A stretch of DNA of 46,736 nt, from sequence record MN158208.1. One strand, 5' to 3'. Below, piece after piece: positions 43,444-46,736 of the stretch (the stretch's first letter is position 1; each line of letters opens with the position of its first letter). The DNA comes from Escherichia phage BEK6. The notes under the pieces are model-generated. The model did not search any database. It saw nothing but the letters and a program-made list of their open reading frames with translations, and was not told the DNA's origin. Made by a program: the position numbers and the translations under genes.

Positions 43444-44053
43444 AGTCATCATTCTCAACGGTCCGGCTGGTGTAGGCAAAGACACGATCGGCAACGCTCT
43501 TGCGAAAGATTACAACTGCATCCCGACGAGCTTTAAGCGCCCTATGTTTGAGATCGCAGCTTCAATCCTTGGCCCTCGGGCGTTCAGCAAATTCATCACC
43601 GCTTATCACGACCGCGATCAGAAAGAGATTCCTTATGGATTCCTTGGTGGCAAGACCTGCCGCGAGTTCATGATTTGGATTGGCGAGTCGGTGGTCAAGC
43701 CGCTATTTGGCAACCAGCAATTCGCAAAGCTGATGAGCGAACATATCCGGATTTGTGACGAAGGCTCATGTTTTGTTTGCACTGATGGCGGTTTCCCTGA
43801 TGAGGTTATTCAGCTAGTGGAAGATGGTCACGACGTTACCGTTGTGCGCCTGTTTATGGATGGCAAAACCTTCGCAGGCGATAGTCGTAATTACATCCGC
43901 ATCAAGGAATCTCACTTCCCTGATTATAAAAAGTATCAGGAGCACAGCATTCACCTGGTTAATGGCGACATTGAAGGTGGTGTTTTGGCGGTGGTTCTTG
44001 CCTGCGGCCTGCAACCTCAGATTGACGAATGGGCGGACGATATTCCCTGGTAA
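43436..44053 (+). CDS. P-loop nucleotide/nucleoside kinase-like protein
   Basis: N-terminal Walker A IILNGPAGVGKDT; ~200 aa, typical small-kinase size. Confidence 0.6.
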   Translation: MSKVIILNGPAGVGKDTIGNALAKDYNCIPTSFKRPMFEIAASILGPRAFSKFITAYHDRDQKEIPYGFLGGKTCREFMIWIGESVVKPLFGNQQFAKLMSEHIRICDEGSCFVCTDGGFPDEVIQLVEDGHDVTVVRLFMDGKTFAGDSRNYIRIKESHFPDYKKYQEHSIHLVNGDIEGGVLAVVLACGLQPQIDEWADDIPW

Positions 44054-44071
44054 ATAGCACGAATTGCTAAA
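44052..44071 (+). promoter_or_regulatory. gene-boundary palindrome copy AAATAGCACGAATTGCTAAA
   Basis: Abuts the kinase stop; hairpin CCCGCtcctGCGGG plus T-run, then TATAGT at 44092-44097 (22-bp spacing). Confidence 0.5.
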
Positions 44072-44126
44072 CCCGCTCCTGCGGGTTTTGTTATAGTTAG
44101 TTCACACCAAGAGATAGGTAGTAAAA

Positions 44127-44219
44127 ATGAAGCAATATCCATCAAGCAATCACCATAACGGTCACGTCATGCAGTTCTATCGCCACAACCTGAAGACTAA
44201 GGGAGTATTTGGAAAATGA
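44127..44219 (+). CDS. hypothetical micro-protein
   Basis: 30-aa His-rich ORF ([30 protein letters not shown]) between the palindrome module and the next gene, ATGA overlap downstream; speculative. Confidence 0.25.
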   Translation: MKQYPSSNHHNGHVMQFYRHNLKTKGVFGK

Positions 44220-44434
44220 TTACAATTAACCTGTCAGAGAAAGACGCAGCAATGCTTAAGTCCATGCTGTCAATCTTTGAGAAGCCAAATGAACGAGCAA
44301 TTTCAAAAGAGGTGATTGCTCAGTTCAACAATCAGCAGTTCGACGTAAGTGACTTCGAGTCATCACGTCAGTACGAGGCGCTTAGCGTCAATGCGGCATA
44401 CCTGACTAACTGGGATAAGGCGACAAAGAAATGA
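44216..44434 (+). CDS. hypothetical protein
   Basis: 72-aa ORF, translationally coupled to neighbours. Confidence 0.4.
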   Translation: MITINLSEKDAAMLKSMLSIFEKPNERAISKEVIAQFNNQQFDVSDFESSRQYEALSVNAAYLTNWDKATKK

Positions 44435-44616
44435 TTTACGTTCACACGTACTACACAGGCAAGTTTAATAGCGTTAAGCATGTTCGGGTTTATGATACCT
44501 TCCTTAAGGCCAGTAAGCAGATGGATGTTTTAGGTGGCACAATCAAGGCTTGTGAAGTAATTAAAGAATACAAATTAGGGTATTACTATGAAGCGCGGAT
44601 GGGTGTTGGTGGTTAA
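44431..44616 (+). CDS. hypothetical protein
   Basis: 61-aa ORF with ATGA overlap. Confidence 0.4.
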   Translation: MIYVHTYYTGKFNSVKHVRVYDTFLKASKQMDVLGGTIKACEVIKEYKLGYYYEARMGVGG

Positions 44617-44716
44617 CGGAAAAGTTATAGGTTATTTCGAAACAGAGGATGCAGCATGGTTGTATTGCGCAACCCACTGCGTTGGTGAGTTTAAATGCGA
44701 GTCAATAGAAGTAACT

Positions 44717-44735
44717 AATAGCACTAATTGCTAAA
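44717..44735 (+). promoter_or_regulatory. gene-boundary palindrome copy (AATAGCACTAATTGCTAAA)
   Basis: TATAGT at 44756-44761 (22-bp spacing) within GGGGTA...TACCCC hairpin; CATCGAAACGAAC leader. Confidence 0.5.
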
Positions 44736-44791
44736 ACAGTATTGGGGTAATTTGATATAGTTACCCCATCGAAACGAACGAGGAAGCGGAA

Positions 44792-44971
44792 ATGAAATTT
44801 CAACAGGGCGAGCCCAAGCTACAAGCTAACCACTTCGATGGCTACACAACATTCATCATCGCCCAGGCGTGCGGTATGCGAGATGAGCCTCAGGTTCACA
44901 CCATTCACTTGACCGAGGAGCAAGCTCGAGAGATGGCGTATGAAATTATTGAGCAATTGAATAAGATTTAA
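44792..44971 (+). CDS. hypothetical protein
   Basis: 59-aa ORF downstream of palindrome (44717-44735) / TATAGT (44756-44761) / CCCCATCGAAACGAACGAGG leader; below track cutoff. Confidence 0.35.
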   Translation: MKFQQGEPKLQANHFDGYTTFIIAQACGMRDEPQVHTIHLTEEQAREMAYEIIEQLNKI

Positions 44972-45020
44972 CGCGCCTAAAACGCATTCTAGCAAACTAT
45001 AATTTAAGTAAGGTGATTCT

Positions 45021-45182
45021 ATGATTAAGGTTGTCTATGTAGGTGAGAGTGATTATGTGGCGCTAATTCAGCGTGGTGATGTGTTTTTCGCAGAGATGAG
45101 TGATGATGGTAGTTGCTACATCGTAAAGAACAAGAATGGCGAAGATATCTACCTTTCAGAAGATGATGTTATAATTTACTAA
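45021..45182 (+). CDS. hypothetical small protein
   Basis: 53-aa ORF with AAGGTGA RBS; first of three overlapping small ORFs. Confidence 0.3.
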   Translation: MIKVVYVGESDYVALIQRGDVFFAEMSDDGSCYIVKNKNGEDIYLSEDDVIIY

Positions 45183-45307
45183 TGGATAACTACGAATCAC
45201 CAAGCCAGTGGTGTAAGAGAATGCAGGATGAAGCTATAAAGGTCGAAGAGGCGATAGCTTATTACGAGCTGGCTAAAATGTGGATGGAACGGGAGAAGAA
45301 AGAATGA
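45182..45307 (+). CDS. hypothetical small protein
   Basis: 41-aa ORF, TAATG overlap upstream and ATGA overlap downstream. Confidence 0.3.
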   Translation: MDNYESPSQWCKRMQDEAIKVEEAIAYYELAKMWMEREKKE

Positions 45308-45447
45308 GCTTCACTGAATATGTGATCGCATGTGAACGACTCGTCTTCGATATGAAGACTTTCCACTGGTTCATCATTAAGGATTTAATTAAGCCTTACA
45401 AGCGTGGTGTAACACCTGAGGCTTTTGTTAATTCATTCTATAAATAG
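45304..45447 (+). CDS. hypothetical small protein
   Basis: 47-aa ORF whose TAG stop lies inside the palindrome copy at 45442-45461. Confidence 0.3.
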   Translation: MSFTEYVIACERLVFDMKTFHWFIIKDLIKPYKRGVTPEAFVNSFYK

Positions 45448-45461
45448 CACGAATTGCTAAA
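45442..45461 (+). promoter_or_regulatory. gene-boundary palindrome copy AAATAGCACGAATTGCTAAA
   Basis: Contains the TAG stop of ORF 45304-45447; hairpin GCCATgtATGGC; TACAAT at 45482-45487 (22-bp spacing). Confidence 0.5.
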
Positions 45462-45517
45462 CGCAGCCGCCATGTATGGCATACAATCACCACATCAACA
45501 CAACGAGAGATTGAGAA

Positions 45518-45706
45518 ATGAGTTATTCAAAGATTTATGTAGTTTATGGGTATAATATAGGTGACGAAGATTCTATAAGCGTCATCGCATTCCCTAAAAG
45601 GTGTGAAGCTGAGTCATTCGTAAATTCAATGAAATGTAATGATAAGAGAGCATTTGATGAATACGATTTCGAAGAGATTGATTTTGCTGATACAACGAGA
45701 GATTGA
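45518..45706 (+). CDS. hypothetical protein
   Basis: 62-aa ORF downstream of palindrome/TACAAT module; leader ACAACGAGAGATTGAGAAATG. Confidence 0.4.
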   Translation: MSYSKIYVVYGYNIGDEDSISVIAFPKRCEAESFVNSMKCNDKRAFDEYDFEEIDFADTTRD

Positions 45707-45709
45707 GAA

Positions 45710-45949
45710 ATGTTCGGACTAAATGAAGCGATGTTTAACGCGGTAAAGCGCCAGGCTAAAAAGCTCAACGATAAGTATGAGTCACTAAGCAAGCTGGACC
45801 GCAAGAATGATAAGTTGGTTGCTGGTATCATCACTGAGATTTGGCAGCCTGTTTCTACAGTTATCAGTAGGGATCGATTTGTGTGGGTAGCTGGTTACTT
45901 GCGTGGACGAGTGGGTCATGACGAGAATGGGAATAGTCTTTATGAGTGA
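45710..45949 (+). CDS. hypothetical protein
   Basis: 79-aa ORF whose start context duplicates the leader of the preceding gene. Confidence 0.4.
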   Translation: MFGLNEAMFNAVKRQAKKLNDKYESLSKLDRKNDKLVAGIITEIWQPVSTVISRDRFVWVAGYLRGRVGHDENGNSLYE

Positions 45950-46028
45950 GCTAACAATCTGGTTTGTCGCAGGGCTTATTACTTGGGCTTACTTTTTAAT
46001 CTTTTAGGTGTGGGTTGTTAAAAATAGC

Positions 46029-46057
46029 TTGCATCACTGAACGGAATTATCTAACAT
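46029..46057 (+). promoter_or_regulatory. candidate sigma70-type promoter upstream of the tRNA region
   Basis: TTGCAT (46029-46034), 17-bp spacer, TAACAT (46052-46057). Confidence 0.3.
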
Positions 46058-46223
46058 TAACCACGTAGACAAACGAGGCCACCAAGTGGCAACGGCGCAC
46101 GGAGCGCAACTACTAAGTCCGTTGCTAATTAAGTAGCGTATGCGGCATTAAGACCTAGCGCAAATAGGCAGATTAACCGGCTGTATCAGGCAGCCCCGGA
46201 GCCGTAACCGGGACTCATTCAAA

Positions 46224-46301
46224 GCTCTGTTAGCTCAATTGGATAGCAGCAACGACCTTCTAAGTCGTAGGTTACTGGTTCGAATCCAGTGCGGAGCGCC
46301 A
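46224..46301 (+). tRNA. tRNA-Arg (anticodon UCU), with encoded 3' CCA
   Basis: Hand-folded cloverleaf: acceptor GCTCTGT/GCGGAGC, anticodon stem ACGAC/GTCGT with loop CTTCTAA (anticodon TCT), T-arm ACTGG-TTCGAAT-CCAGT, discriminator G then CCA; resembles enterobacterial argU-type tRNA. Confidence 0.75.
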
Positions 46302-46308
46302 AATCAAA

Positions 46309-46410
46309 CGTCGCGTTGCTAATGCTGGCCAAAGGGTGGAGCTTATACCTCCATAAAGCAATCTCCAGATAAGAGATGTAACGCAGGTTCGATTCCTGCC
46401 GCGACGACCA
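46309..46410 (+). ncRNA. tRNA-like element (non-canonical length; possibly a class II tRNA or degenerate tRNA)
   Basis: Perfect 7-bp acceptor pairing CGTCGCG/CGCGACG, canonical T-arm GCAGG-TTCGATT-CCTGC, discriminator A and CCA, D-loop-like GGCCAAAGGG, but ~99 nt with two candidate anticodon hairpins. Confidence 0.3.
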
Positions 46411-46425
46411 AAAAAGGAGTTCATT

Positions 46426-46608
46426 ATGTGGGATGTGAAGTTGTCCATTCGCTTAATGGGCCGCTCGTGCAAGAATTGCACTCAAGATTATATCGCGTCA
46501 GTTGCCGCAATCAGCGCTGAGGATGCGGTAGAGAAAGTAAAAGAGATGTCAGGCGCTGACCCTGATACTCACAAATTCCTCGTCTGCTACGTTCGCAAGC
46601 AAGACTGA
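46426..46608 (+). CDS. hypothetical protein
   Basis: 60-aa ORF with AAAAAGGAG RBS, followed by strong terminator 46670-46694. Confidence 0.45.
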   Translation: MWDVKLSIRLMGRSCKNCTQDYIASVAAISAEDAVEKVKEMSGADPDTHKFLVCYVRKQD

Positions 46609-46669
46609 CGCCGAATGGCTAGAAAAAAGTGTTATACCCTCGTTAAGTTTCGTTTCTCTCGTTGTTTTT

Positions 46670-46694
46670 AGCCCTCGCTTGAGGGCTTTTTTTC
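46670..46694 (+). terminator. rho-independent terminator
   Basis: AGCCCTC-gctt-GAGGGCT followed by TTTTTTT. Confidence 0.65.
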
Positions 46695-46704
46695 GTCTGC
46701 AATA

Positions 46705-46713
46705 TGGTATAAT
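46705..46713 (+). promoter_or_regulatory. extended -10 promoter element (TGgTATAAT) at the window end
   Basis: TGGTATAAT followed by AAAGGGGG RBS running off the window; would drive the ORF at position 1 if the genome is circularly permuted. Confidence 0.4.
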
Positions 46714-46736
46714 CTGACCTCAACAAAGGGGGATTT

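Noticed and set aside
10358-45461. The repeated 20-bp palindrome as a possible CRISPR array
   Set aside because: Copies are separated by kilobases of coding sequence, occur on both strands and are not regularly spaced with unique spacers; behaviour is that of a dispersed regulatory element.
46309-46410. Calling the second element a specific tRNA isotype
   Set aside because: Length (~99 nt) and ambiguous anticodon hairpins prevent confident assignment by hand; reported only as tRNA-like.
1-46736. Lysogeny module (integrase, CI-like repressor, attachment site)
   Set aside because: No ORF with recombinase-like features or a repressor/Cro pair was recognised; the Rha-like protein alone is insufficient. 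The genome is therefore treated as probably virulent, though this is an absence-of-evidence call made without profile searches.

Overview
This 46.7-kb window reads as an essentially complete, circularly permuted genome of a tailed siphovirus-type phage with T1-like (Drexlerviridae-like) architecture, opened at the start codon of the putative small terminase. The family assignment is inference from gene order and motifs, not from any database search. Plus strand 1-20.8 kb holds a classic late module: terminase small/large, portal, Mu-F-like head protein, scaffold, capsid proteins, head-tail connectors, major tail, G/GT chaperones with a -1 slippery site, tape measure, lambda M/L/K/I-like tip proteins and a 1136-aa J-like central fiber. 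A short minus-strand operon follows (Rha-like regulator, Cor/Llp-like lipoprotein, 314-aa protein). The early/replication region (23-36 kb) encodes an HNH-AP2 endonuclease, a PD-(D/E)xK exonuclease, an ERF annealing protein, SSB, a minus-strand 835-aa fiber-like gene, primase-like and HTH proteins, an SF2 helicase, a VRR-NUC nuclease and a metallophosphoesterase, then a pinholin / SAR-endolysin / unimolecular-spanin lysis cassette. A minus-strand cluster (37.3-41.5 kb) and a plus-strand cluster (42.2-46.6 kb) of mostly small genes complete the genome, with a tRNA-Arg(UCU) and a second tRNA-like element near the end. No integrase, repressor, DNA polymerase, Dam methylase or CRISPR array was recognised. 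The most striking features are (i) a ~20-bp palindrome repeated about 20 times at gene boundaries, usually coupled at fixed 22-bp spacing to a -10-like hexamer and a conserved leader, (ii) a 527-aa Walker-motif protein with a 175-aa paralog that keeps only its N- and C-terminal segments, and (iii) twin AT-rich (TTA)n repeat elements at the two divergent strand-switch regions. All coordinates were counted by hand and starts are approximate where noted.
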